IMG/VR virus record: IMGVR_UViG_3300019459_000019
Span: 1 to 37,995 of that record
Direction: 5' to 3' (one strand)
Origin: a virus
Lineage: Duplodnaviria; Caudoviricetes
DNA length: 37,995 nucleotides
The translations under genes and the position numbers were made by a program. The notes under the pieces are model-generated. The model was not told where the DNA came from. It saw nothing but the letters and a program-made list of their open reading frames with translations, and made no database searches. Shown one piece after another: positions 25,077-34,400 of the stretch (position 1 is its first letter; each line of letters begins with the position of its first letter).

Positions 25077-25085
25077 TGTATAACT
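25057..25085 (+). promoter_or_regulatory. Putative promoter TTGACA-N16-TATAACT
   Basis: At the polA 3' end, 35 nt before the SSB-like gene; same geometry as the 11764-11792 site. Confidence 0.65.
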
Positions 25086-25120
25086 ACAATTTCATGTAAC
25101 GCTCATCGAAAGGAAAAGAT

Positions 25121-25984
25121 ATGAGCCAAGAATTAGCAGTAGCACTAGACCGTGGACAATCAATGGCAGAGCTTATGGGTGTGTCTAACAACACACAACA
25201 GAGCGCAACGCCTAGCGTATCACGGCTCAACGTCAACCAAGAGATCTTAGAGAAAGAGGTATCTATGGATGGCGAAACATTTATGAAGCCAACCGTACCA
25301 AAAGGAGCTTATAAACTAACTACAGGTGATGATGTAGTATACAGTAAAACAGTTACTGTGCGTATCTTTGCTGTACGCCAACAGTGGCAGCGCTGGAACG
25401 GTGACACTACTGAAATGGAGAAAAGCGTTTTGGCTAACAGCCTTAACAAAGACCTTAAAGATAACTTAGGTGGCTACAACTTAGGTAGGCCATCAGGTTA
25501 CATAGAAGACTTCAATGCACTTCCAGAAGCAACGAAGTCTCTCATTCGTAGTGTAAAGCGAGTCAAGGTATTCTTTGGTTTGGTAACACTAGATAGCCCT
25601 ACAGATGCTATGGGTGAAAAAGTAGACGGTAATTTCACGGACATACCATTTGTGTTTGACGTTAAGAACCGTGACTCACTAAAATCACTGGACGGTGTAC
25701 TAGCACAGATCAACAAGAAGAACCTGCTACCACCTATGTCTACTATCAAGCTATCTCCTGCTGTAGGTAAGATCCCTACAGGTGCTACCTTTGGTTATGT
25801 CTCTGCAGCAATTGGAGATAAGGTTGAGCTATCTGATGATGATAATGATATACTAGGAAACTTCTTAGACTTCATTGAGTACATCAACGGCTCGCTCTTA
25901 GATAAACATGAAGAGCGTAGCTCTGATGGTCTGTCACACGCCGACAAAGAGATTGTAGCTTCAATCGTAGAGGTGGAAGAATAA
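25121..25984 (+). CDS. Putative single-stranded DNA-binding protein
   Basis: Position between polymerase and exonuclease; acidic C-terminal third. Function is inferred. Confidence 0.6.
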   Translation: MSQELAVALDRGQSMAELMGVSNNTQQSATPSVSRLNVNQEILEKEVSMDGETFMKPTVPKGAYKLTTGDDVVYSKTVTVRIFAVRQQWQRWNGDTTEMEKSVLANSLNKDLKDNLGGYNLGRPSGYIEDFNALPEATKSLIRSVKRVKVFFGLVTLDSPTDAMGEKVDGNFTDIPFVFDVKNRDSLKSLDGVLAQINKKNLLPPMSTIKLSPAVGKIPTGATFGYVSAAIGDKVELSDDDNDILGNFLDFIEYINGSLLDKHEERSSDGLSHADKEIVASIVEVEE

Positions 25985-26829
25985 TGGAACACCCTGCTGA
26001 ATTAGCAATCTTCTCTTACTTACAGAAGGCTATGGCAGGTGAGGCATCAATGTCAAAAGAGGTGGCTTCTAAAGTCGCCTCTGATGTTGAGGCTGCTATG
26101 CTAAAGCAGTTTGCTAGTGGGCCGCGTGACGAGTTTCGTATGCGTATGTCCAATCTTGGTAAGCCTAAGTGTCAGTTGTGGTACGAGAAGAATGACCCAA
26201 AGGATAAAACTCCTTTCCCACCACATTTTTTGATGAACATGATTCTAGGTGACATTGTTGAAGCTGTGTTTAAGGGCATCATGCGTTCTGCTGGCATAGA
26301 CTTTAAGGATAATGATAAAGTCACACTAAAGCTACCTCACGGTCAAGAGATAAACGGTGAGTATGACATGGAGTTGAATGGTAAGATTGACGATGTTAAG
26401 TCGGCATCTCCTTGGTCATACCAAAACAAGTTTGCTTCATTTGATGCGCTAGAGAATGATGATAGCTTTGGTTACATCCCACAGCTTGTAGGCTACGCAG
26501 AGGGTGCAGGTAAGGGTGTTGGTGGCTGGTGGGTTATCAACAAAGCTAATGGTGAGTTTAAGTATGTCTCAGCCTCTGAGGTAGACAAACAATCTGTGCT
26601 AGATGATATCCAGGATACGGTTGATTACATTGATCAAGATCAGCCTTTCGAGCGTTGCTTTGAGCCAATCGAAGAAACGTTTTACAAGAAGAAGACAGGC
26701 TTTAAGAAGCTAGGTACTGAGTGTGGTTTTTGTGCTTTTAAGCATAAGTGCTGGCCTAACCTAAGTACAGAACCTGCTAGATCATCAAAAGCTAAGAATC
26801 CAAAAATGGTAGACTACATTGATGCCTAA
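25984..26829 (+). CDS. PD-(D/E)xK Cas4-like exonuclease
   Basis: RMSNLG..CQLW, GEYD...DDVKS, QLVGY, and CGFCAFKHKC (1+3 Cys pattern). Confidence 0.85.
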   Translation: MEHPAELAIFSYLQKAMAGEASMSKEVASKVASDVEAAMLKQFASGPRDEFRMRMSNLGKPKCQLWYEKNDPKDKTPFPPHFLMNMILGDIVEAVFKGIMRSAGIDFKDNDKVTLKLPHGQEINGEYDMELNGKIDDVKSASPWSYQNKFASFDALENDDSFGYIPQLVGYAEGAGKGVGGWWVINKANGEFKYVSASEVDKQSVLDDIQDTVDYIDQDQPFERCFEPIEETFYKKKTGFKKLGTECGFCAFKHKCWPNLSTEPARSSKAKNPKMVDYIDA

Positions 26830-27256
26830 AAACCATAATACCAGAAGGTATCGTAGTGGCCTTGAAAGAGAGGCCGCTGCATTTCTAAAGGTAAATCAAA
26901 AGAAGGTGTTGTACGAAAAGATAAAGATAGAATGGGAAGACTTACGATATCGAACATACACACCTGACTTTGAGTTAGACAATGGTATCTTTATTGAAAC
27001 TAAAGGTATCTTTGACAACGAAGATAGACGCAAACATTTAGCAATAAAGGAACAACATCCAGAGTTAGACATACGCTTTGTATTTAGTAACGCTAATGCC
27101 AAGCTGTATAAAGGTGCCAAATCTCGCTACTATAACTGGTGCGATAAACACGGCTTCTTATGGTCACATAGGTTAATACCTATAGCGTGGCTAAAAGAAA
27201 AAGGTAGACGGTGTAAACTCGAAAGAGTAGCACTAAAAACACAAAGGAAGAAGTGA
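26822..27256 (+). CDS. T7 endonuclease I-like Holliday junction resolvase
   Basis: YRSGLE, YTPDF, IETKG, DRRKHL, DIRFVF, WCDKHGF. Confidence 0.92.
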   Translation: MPKNHNTRRYRSGLEREAAAFLKVNQKKVLYEKIKIEWEDLRYRTYTPDFELDNGIFIETKGIFDNEDRRKHLAIKEQHPELDIRFVFSNANAKLYKGAKSRYYNWCDKHGFLWSHRLIPIAWLKEKGRRCKLERVALKTQRKK

Positions 27257-27627
27257 TGTCTTACGAAGTAAAAGATGATGAAGTTGCTGTTATCATAAAA
27301 CCTGTAATGGATGAAGAAGGTAACTGGACTCTTGAGTTAGCTACAGGCTTAGCATTTGGTGCAGTAATAGACGCCCCTATGCCAGCCGCACATGCCGCTT
27401 TCGATGCTGCACTATCTATGGCAGCTTCTTTAACATTCTTATCAGAGTATCCTGATTTTGAAGAAGAGCTTGTTGAGTATAAACAAGCAATGTTAAAAGA
27501 TATCTTCCCTAAACAATATGCTGCTGCTGAAAAAGAAATATCAGAGGAAGAAAAGAGAGAGCTTTACAGCAAAAATGGTAATGTGTATACACTTAATGCA
27601 TTCACTAAGACACAAGGAAACGCTTAA
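27256..27627 (+). CDS. Hypothetical protein
   Basis: TGATG coupling; acidic; ends TKTQGNA. Confidence 0.75.
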   Translation: MSYEVKDDEVAVIIKPVMDEEGNWTLELATGLAFGAVIDAPMPAAHAAFDAALSMAASLTFLSEYPDFEEELVEYKQAMLKDIFPKQYAAAEKEISEEEKRELYSKNGNVYTLNAFTKTQGNA

Positions 27628-27854
27628 TGGTAGATCCTGTAAATAAACCCCTACACTATAATCAAGCTGGCATAGAGTGTATAGAAGCTATACGTGCTAT
27701 GACTTGTAAGATGAATGGTACAAGTGCATACATGGCTGGTAATGTATTGAAATACGTTTGGCGTCACGAGTACAAGAATGGCCTAGAAGACTTAAAAAAG
27801 GCTCAGGTATATTTAGGTTGGTTAATAGATAACTACAAAGAGAATCACAAATGA
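27627..27854 (+). CDS. DUF3310 (T7 gp1.7-like nucleotide kinase family) protein
   Basis: DPVNKPLHY...IECIEAI...GNVLKYVWR...KNGLEDLKKA. Confidence 0.88.
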   Translation: MVDPVNKPLHYNQAGIECIEAIRAMTCKMNGTSAYMAGNVLKYVWRHEYKNGLEDLKKAQVYLGWLIDNYKENHK

Positions 27855-28024
27855 ACGACAAGACATTTAGTGTTATGTTTATGTTAAACATAGATGAGGA
27901 AAACAACATTTTATCATCATCTGATGAGCACCACCAAGAAGATGTGTATGACCTAATAACAAATATTATGTATGATGTTGATGATGTAACGATAAGAAAT
28001 TTAATAGTTAAGGAACGGCTATGA
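27851..28024 (+). CDS. 57-aa acidic hypothetical protein (not in the ORF track)
   Basis: ATGA overlaps at both ends; MNDKTFSVMFMLNIDEENNIL... Confidence 0.7.
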   Translation: MNDKTFSVMFMLNIDEENNILSSSDEHHQEDVYDLITNIMYDVDDVTIRNLIVKERL

Positions 28025-28407
28025 TTAATGAGACAGATCTAGAAGCATTTGGGTATTTTGATATGTTTCAGAACAGCCCTGATTGGAGTAGTGACCCACT
28101 ACGTTTCTACAGCCAATTTGTTGAAGATAAAGTTTTTACTAAGGGGCGAGAACGATTAGTAGAAAACACTTTGGGTCTTGTAGGGGAATCAGGTGAGGTT
28201 GCAGAAAAGATAAAGAAACTGTTTCGTGACAAAGGTAAGTTTAGTGATGAAGATGTACTGAAAGAGTTGGGGGATGTGTTATTCTACGTTGTTGCATTAT
28301 CAAACATCTTTGGCGGTAACTTAAAGAAGACTATGGAAATGAACATGGCTAAGCTGGATGACAGAGAGCAGCGCGGAAAACTAAAGGGTTCAGGAGACAA
28401 TAGATGA
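28021..28407 (+). CDS. mazG: MazG-like nucleotide pyrophosphohydrolase
   Basis: LGLVGESGEVAEKIKK...KELGDVLFY...N..KL..R...GSGDNR. Confidence 0.88.
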   Translation: MINETDLEAFGYFDMFQNSPDWSSDPLRFYSQFVEDKVFTKGRERLVENTLGLVGESGEVAEKIKKLFRDKGKFSDEDVLKELGDVLFYVVALSNIFGGNLKKTMEMNMAKLDDREQRGKLKGSGDNR

Positions 28408-30299
28408 GCAACCTACTACCAACAGACTACCAGAAATTTATACACAAATCACGTTACGCTAAATACTATGATGGTTACGGGCGTGAGTTTTGGACAGATA
28501 CAGTAGAGCGCTACATGATCAATGTAGTTAATTCACTTCTAGACCCTAAGATTTGTAGAGAGATTGAGTCTGCTATACTTAACACAGACATCATGCCCTC
28601 TATGAGAGCGCTAATGACTGCTGGCCCTGCTTTAGATAGAGATAACACTGCTGGATATAACTGCAGCTATTTACCCGTAGATGACCCTAAGTCCTTCGAT
28701 GAGGCTATGTACATTCTCTTGTGTGGTACTGGTGTCGGTTTCAGCGTCGAGCGGCAATACGTTAGCAAGCTCCCTGAAATACCTCAACTCTTCGACAGTG
28801 AGACTACAATCGTTGTTAAAGACAGTAAGGAAGGTTGGGCTAAAGCTTTCAGACAATTGTTGGCACTCCTTTGGGCTGGTGAGATCCCTCAGTGGGATAT
28901 TGGATTAGTACGCCCTGCAGGTGCTAGGCTCAAGACGTTTGGTGGTAGAGCAAGTGGCCCAGCGCCTCTAGTTGAATTGTTTAACTTTGCTATCACAACC
29001 TTCAAAGCTGCACAAGGACGCAAGCTGTCTAGCATTGAGTGCCATGATCTTATGTGCTTCATTGGTCAGATCGTTGTCGTAGGTGGTGTTCGCCGTAGTG
29101 CTATGATTAGCTTATCTAACCTGAGTGATGACCGTATGCGTCACGCTAAGTCAGGCCAGTGGTGGGAAACAGCGCCGTGGAGAGCCTTAGCTAACAACAG
29201 CGTAGGGTACACAGAGAAGCCTGACATGGAGACATTCATGCGTGAGTGGACAGCCCTTGTAGCGTCTAAATCAGGTGAGCGTGGAGTGTTCAACCGTCAA
29301 GCATGTGTTGATCTAGCAGTCAAGCATGGACGCCGTGACCCTAACTATGAATTTGGCTGTAATCCATGTTCTGAAATCAGCTTACGCCCTTATCAGTTTT
29401 GCAACTTAACGGAAGTTGTTGTACGCGCTACAGACACTATTGATGACCTAGAGCGTAAGGTACGTTTGGCTACTATTCTTGGTACAGTACAGTCTACTTA
29501 TACTAAGTTTCCTTACTTGCGTAAGGTATGGCAAAAGAACACAGAAGAAGAGCGCTTACTTGGCGTATCACTTACAGGTGTTATGGATAACCCTTTAATG
29601 ACGCCTAAGAATCAAGGATTGGAGCAGACTCTTGAGCATTTACGTAGTGTGGCTGTCAATACTAACGCTGAATTTGCTGGTATGCTTAATATACCTGTAT
29701 CTGCAGCAATTACATGCGTCAAGCCTTCGGGCACGGTATCACAATTGGTGGATAGCGCCAGTGGCATACATGCTCGCCACAGTGCCTATTATATCCGTAC
29801 TGTGCGCGGTGATAATAAAGATCCGCTAACACAGTTTATGAAAGACAAAGGTATCCCTAATGAGCCTTGTGTAATGAAGGGTGACACAACCACAGTGTTT
29901 AGCTTCCCTGTAAAGTCACCTGAGAATGCTGTTACACGTAACGATATGACAGCTATCGAGCAGCTAGAGTTGTGGCTTACGTATCAGCGATATTGGTGTG
30001 AGCATAAGCCAAGTGTGACAATCTCAGTACGGGATGCTGAGTGGATGGAAGTAGGTGCATTTGTTTACAAACACTTTGATGAAATGTCTGGTGTATCGTT
30101 CCTGCCTCACACAGATCACACGTATCAGCAAGCGCCCTATCAGGATTGCACTAAGGAAGAGTACGAAGAGCTTTTAGCTAAGATGCCTACCAGCATTGCT
30201 TGGTCAGAGCTTACTGAGTACGAAAGCGAAGACAATACTGCAGGTAGTCAGACTATGGCATGTACTGGCGATTCCTGCGAGTTGGTGGATCTGACATGA
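28404..30299 (+). CDS. nrdJ: Ribonucleotide reductase, probably class II (adenosylcobalamin-dependent)
   Basis: PSMR, YNC, GTGVGFS, VRRSA, NPCSEI, CNLTE, KPSGT, C-terminal CTGDSC. No adjacent beta subunit. Confidence 0.88.
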   Translation: MSNLLPTDYQKFIHKSRYAKYYDGYGREFWTDTVERYMINVVNSLLDPKICREIESAILNTDIMPSMRALMTAGPALDRDNTAGYNCSYLPVDDPKSFDEAMYILLCGTGVGFSVERQYVSKLPEIPQLFDSETTIVVKDSKEGWAKAFRQLLALLWAGEIPQWDIGLVRPAGARLKTFGGRASGPAPLVELFNFAITTFKAAQGRKLSSIECHDLMCFIGQIVVVGGVRRSAMISLSNLSDDRMRHAKSGQWWETAPWRALANNSVGYTEKPDMETFMREWTALVASKSGERGVFNRQACVDLAVKHGRRDPNYEFGCNPCSEISLRPYQFCNLTEVVVRATDTIDDLERKVRLATILGTVQSTYTKFPYLRKVWQKNTEEERLLGVSLTGVMDNPLMTPKNQGLEQTLEHLRSVAVNTNAEFAGMLNIPVSAAITCVKPSGTVSQLVDSASGIHARHSAYYIRTVRGDNKDPLTQFMKDKGIPNEPCVMKGDTTTVFSFPVKSPENAVTRNDMTAIEQLELWLTYQRYWCEHKPSVTISVRDAEWMEVGAFVYKHFDEMSGVSFLPHTDHTYQQAPYQDCTKEEYEELLAKMPTSIAWSELTEYESEDNTAGSQTMACTGDSCELVDLT

Positions 30300-30526
30300 G
30301 TGTGTATACATTAGTGGGGCGGCTTGACTGCCCTCACTGCTCCAAAGCAATGGGTTTATTGAGAGATAGTGGTATTGCTGCTCAGTACTACTCTCTCAAT
30401 GACTCTAAGTGGTTACTTGACTTATTTAAGAAGTCAGGTATAAAGACTGTACCCCAAATCTGGGATATAGAAGGTAATCACATAGGTGGTTACTCAGACC
30501 TGAAAAAACTCTTGAAAGGAGAATGA
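30296..30526 (+). CDS. Glutaredoxin
   Basis: CPHC, TVPQI, IGGYSDL; ATGA overlap with the RNR stop. Confidence 0.9.
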   Translation: MSVYTLVGRLDCPHCSKAMGLLRDSGIAAQYYSLNDSKWLLDLFKKSGIKTVPQIWDIEGNHIGGYSDLKKLLKGE

Positions 30527-30527
30527 T

Positions 30528-30647
30528 ATGACAGGTTTTGAATTTATGGCAGTTGCAACTATTGGTATGGTAGCGGTAGGTGAAGTTGTTGCTCTTACTG
30601 CAGAGTATGGTCCTGTACTTATTGAGCAAGTCAAAGGCTGGTTCTAA
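30528..30647 (+). CDS. 39-aa hydrophobic peptide (not in the ORF track)
   Basis: AAGGAG RBS; MTGFEFMAVATIGMVAVGEVVALTAEYGPVLIEQVKGWF; TAATG coupling downstream. Confidence 0.6.
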   Translation: MTGFEFMAVATIGMVAVGEVVALTAEYGPVLIEQVKGWF

Positions 30648-30835
30648 TGTATGTTTTAGTACTCATTATGATGTTTGAAGGGAACATAAAAGTGCAAGCT
30701 TTTGATGGTTTGTTTATGGATGTCCGTTCTTGTAATGAGTTAGCTGTTGAAATGGAAAACAGATTAATGAGTACTAGACCTACACCAGAGTCATCAGCTA
30801 ACACTTACTGCTTTCAAGTACCAGAAAGTGCATAA
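30647..30835 (+). CDS. Small hypothetical protein with hydrophobic N-terminus and two Cys
   Basis: TAATG coupling on both sides. Confidence 0.7.
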   Translation: MYVLVLIMMFEGNIKVQAFDGLFMDVRSCNELAVEMENRLMSTRPTPESSANTYCFQVPESA

Positions 30836-31284
30836 TGCAATATGAGCTTTTTAAATCGTCTGAATACCAGAGCGAAGAAGCGTTTATAGGCGAGGGTAAA
30901 GTTTGTATTGCTTGTAATAAGTACAAGCCTTTTTCACGTTTTTCTAAGCACATAGGCCATAAAGATAATCACGATGGTAGATGTAGAGAATGTGTAAATA
31001 AGCAGGTAAGACTTAGAAACGCATTAAAAGCACAATCCCCGCCTAAACCAAGTATATGTGGGTGTTGTGGTAAACAATCATCAGACATTGTATTAGACCA
31101 CTGCCATGAAAAAGAAGAATTTAGAGGGTGGATATGTCGTTTTTGTAATGCTGGAATTGGTCTATTACAGGATAATATAGAAGGTGTAGAAAAAGCCCTT
31201 ACTTACTTAAAAGGGTACTACAATAAAAGGAATACCAGTGAAACTAGAACGAGAAGCCAAGGCATACATGGACACAAAGACTAA
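30835..31284 (+). CDS. Endonuclease VII-domain protein (possible homing endonuclease)
   Basis: CGCC...LDHCH...FRGWICRFCNAGIGLLQD, plus N-terminal CIAC...CREC. Confidence 0.85.
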   Translation: MQYELFKSSEYQSEEAFIGEGKVCIACNKYKPFSRFSKHIGHKDNHDGRCRECVNKQVRLRNALKAQSPPKPSICGCCGKQSSDIVLDHCHEKEEFRGWICRFCNAGIGLLQDNIEGVEKALTYLKGYYNKRNTSETRTRSQGIHGHKD

Positions 31285-31441
31285 TCTTTTTAAGGCTGAC
31301 CTGACAACACAGGCAACGGGCTTAGAAGTGCACTACAATAGAAACCTACATCATTGTGATGAAAAGGATAACGCTTTAGAGCGACTTACTGAGTCACAGA
31401 TGTGGGCTAAGCTTGCTGCTGAAAAGTATGGTATTAAATAA
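31238..31441 (+). CDS. Small helical protein, Acb2/Tad1-hairpin-like (tentative)
   Basis: GTG start with AAGGA RBS; EKDNALERLTESQMWAKLAAEK. Confidence 0.6.
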   Translation: MKLEREAKAYMDTKTNLFKADLTTQATGLEVHYNRNLHHCDEKDNALERLTESQMWAKLAAEKYGIK

Positions 31442-31470
31442 AGAAAGGGGCGCTTAGTGCGCCCCCTCTG
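31441..31470. terminator. Rho-independent terminator between convergent arms
   Basis: GGGGCGC-TTAGT-GCGCCCC stem-loop. The U-rich tract follows on the minus strand. Confidence 0.8.
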
Positions 31471-34400
31471 CTATTCCTTGTAGACTTGATCGTGGTAGTC
31501 TAGGTAGTTTAGATACATGTACAATTCATTGTAATTCATGTCTCTAATATTTGTTGTAGCTCCCTTGCTCTTCATAAACCTCTTTGCTTCTGCTTTAGAG
31601 TTTCTATTGCCAGTAGCTGATGCTTTTCTACGTAAACTCTGAATGATTGTATCAGAGTCTGAGCTTGCCTCTAAGTAAGACTTTACATCTGCACGTATCT
31701 TAGTCAGCCTGTCAGATACCATAGTACGTCTTTGCTGTAAGTTAGCCTTTTTAAACTTAGGATCAGCTAACAGCGTCCTTGACTCCCTCTCTAACAGAGG
31801 CGCAAATACTTTATTAAAGACTTTATCATATCCAGCAATCTCAGATCTCTCCCCTGCAGTCCACGGTGCCATCTCAGCCACAGAGTATAACTCTTCTGCT
31901 GCAGTACGAGTTTGCTTAATAGTCACACCTAAAACTTTAGCAAGTGGGTTGGGATCATATACCTCACCTTCACGTATACCTACACGTAGCTCTTCGCCTG
32001 TAAGGGTATTCTTTGTTTTATCATTTAGATCACCTTTAGCATTATCAATAGCATCAATAAATACTTCTGCTAGGTTATCTACATATTTAAGAGAAGATTG
32101 TGACAGTGTATCTATACCCTGAGACTGACGTACATCTTTAGCTGTGTCTGTTTCAGTTGCAAACCCTACAAGCTTGTTTAGTGTGTCTAGTGGACGGGTA
32201 TAACCTGATAAGTAATTACCACCAGCTTTTGTTATTCCTGATCCAAACCCAGCCTTCAAGTAATCTACATCACCTTCCATGTTAAGGAAGAAGTCTACAA
32301 TAGAGTTAAGATCATTACCAAACTGTGCATCAGAAGCAAACTGGCCTATTGCCATCTGCTTACCTAATTCTGTTACAAGCTCTGATGGTACAACGTCTCC
32401 ATCTTTTCTGATACCCAGTATACGCCCAGCAAGTAAAAACATAGAGGCCGGGAATTGGCTCTTCATGTCAATTACATTACCTGCTCCCGATTCAACTTCG
32501 TAAACGCCTAAGCCTTTCTTTCTACGCTCTTCATCATAAGCTATAGCTAGACCTGCAGTAGAGTATGCAACCAGCGTTCTAGCAAATGCCTCTGTAGGCT
32601 TTAGCATGTCTACGTCTTCGCCCTTTTTAGCAGCACCACGTACCAGAGCACTTGCCATATCAATGGCTCCACCTGCTGACCACTGATAACCTGTAGCTAT
32701 AACGTTATTAAAGAACCTTCCAAAGGGTAGTATAGTACCTACTACAGGAATGTTAGAAAGGTTCTCAATTTGTTTTGCTGCCAGCCCTAAGAAGTTATCC
32801 TGTGCTGTGTAATCTTTAGAGAAAACTGAGCGTAATGTTTGATCTAGGGCACCACCAATAACGTCATTATCAATGAGTGCTGTATCACCTTCTTTGAGAA
32901 CAGTCATAAGATCTTTATCGTGCTTGAGCCGTACATACTTATCTAGCTCACCCATAAACATCTGTGACTTAGTAAAGCTATCTTGAATACGTACACCAGA
33001 TATCTTTGTCGCAGCATCTGCAATAGTCTCAAGCTTCTTGGCTACACCTTTAGTTGTGTCTATACCATAACGCTTACCAGTACGCTCTACACCACCTGAC
33101 ACCGTTTCAAAGAGTATCTTGCTTACGTCTTTGTGTTGACCAAGAAAAGCCATGTATGCGTCATGTGTAGTGTAGGGATCTAACAAGTTACGCATCTTCT
33201 GCGCTTGCATATCTAGGTATACTCTACCGCGTCTACGTGTCTCAACAGCTTTCTGCCCCTTCTGTGTCATGCTCAAAGCAATGTGACCATAACCATTAAG
33301 AACATCAGCTAGGGTTGATACAGTAGCGTATTGTGCAAAGCCAGCAACGTTGACTGCAGTTGTAGATGTTGATGATACAAGCATTCTACGCCATAGGTTT
33401 TGACCATAAGCGAAAGGCTGTGCACGTTTAGCTTTCTCGCCTTCCTTCTTTAAGATCTCACCTGATGCTTCACTAATAATAGTTTCACCGTGCAGAAGAG
33501 TGCCGTTTACTATCTTAGCTGCTTGGCTCATCACGTTAAGCGTAGAACCGCCCCGACTTGCTTCAAATGCTACCAAGTCTTGTAGGTTCTTCTGTGAGCT
33601 AGTGGCATCACCTAATGTAATACCTGTAATTTTTAACAGTTTATTTATCTCTGTTAGCTCATCTTCTGGCAGTTGTGGTACAATGTTACTTAGAGCGTCA
33701 GATATAGTAACGTTATTGGGTAGCTTATGCCCAGACTTAGCTAACTGAAAAGCCAAGCCATCTACTGTACCTTTACCATTAGAGCCTAAGATGATCTGAG
33801 AGAATACATCTGTATCTGTGATGTTTCTACTGAACATGTCTCTGCCAGCTTCAACTTTCTCTTTCCAGCTACGAACATTCTTTTTGATGTCTGCTGTTAC
33901 GTCATCTATTTGAGAATTAGTCAGCTTTATTGTTACTGGCTTAGTGCGCTTCTCACGCATAGCAGCTAACTCACCTTCTAATCCTAGATCTGCGTAACCA
34001 GATTTTCCCTTCATTTTACCTGCAACTATTTGGGCACCAGGAGCAACCACACCAAAGAGTGAGCTAAAACCTGTTTGTAACAAGCTGTACTCATCCTGTG
34101 ACTCTACATCAATCATAAGATTCTGAATCTGTAGATCCTGCAGCACTGCTAGGCCTGTGTCTGTTGCTGCTGTAGCATACAAAGATTTCTTAGCTGCACC
34201 TTCTGTTATTTCTTGCTTAGCTTGCTGCCTAGCCTGTAGTCTAGCACGGCGTAGGGCAAGATCTCTCTCCCGCCTTGCTGTCTCCCGCATAATCTTTTTA
34301 GCTGCAGGATTCTTAGCCCCTATAGATAGAGCATGATTTAAAGCAGCCTCTCCCGCCTCCTTACCAATCTTCTCTGCTGCTTCACGAGAGGCACCCTTTT

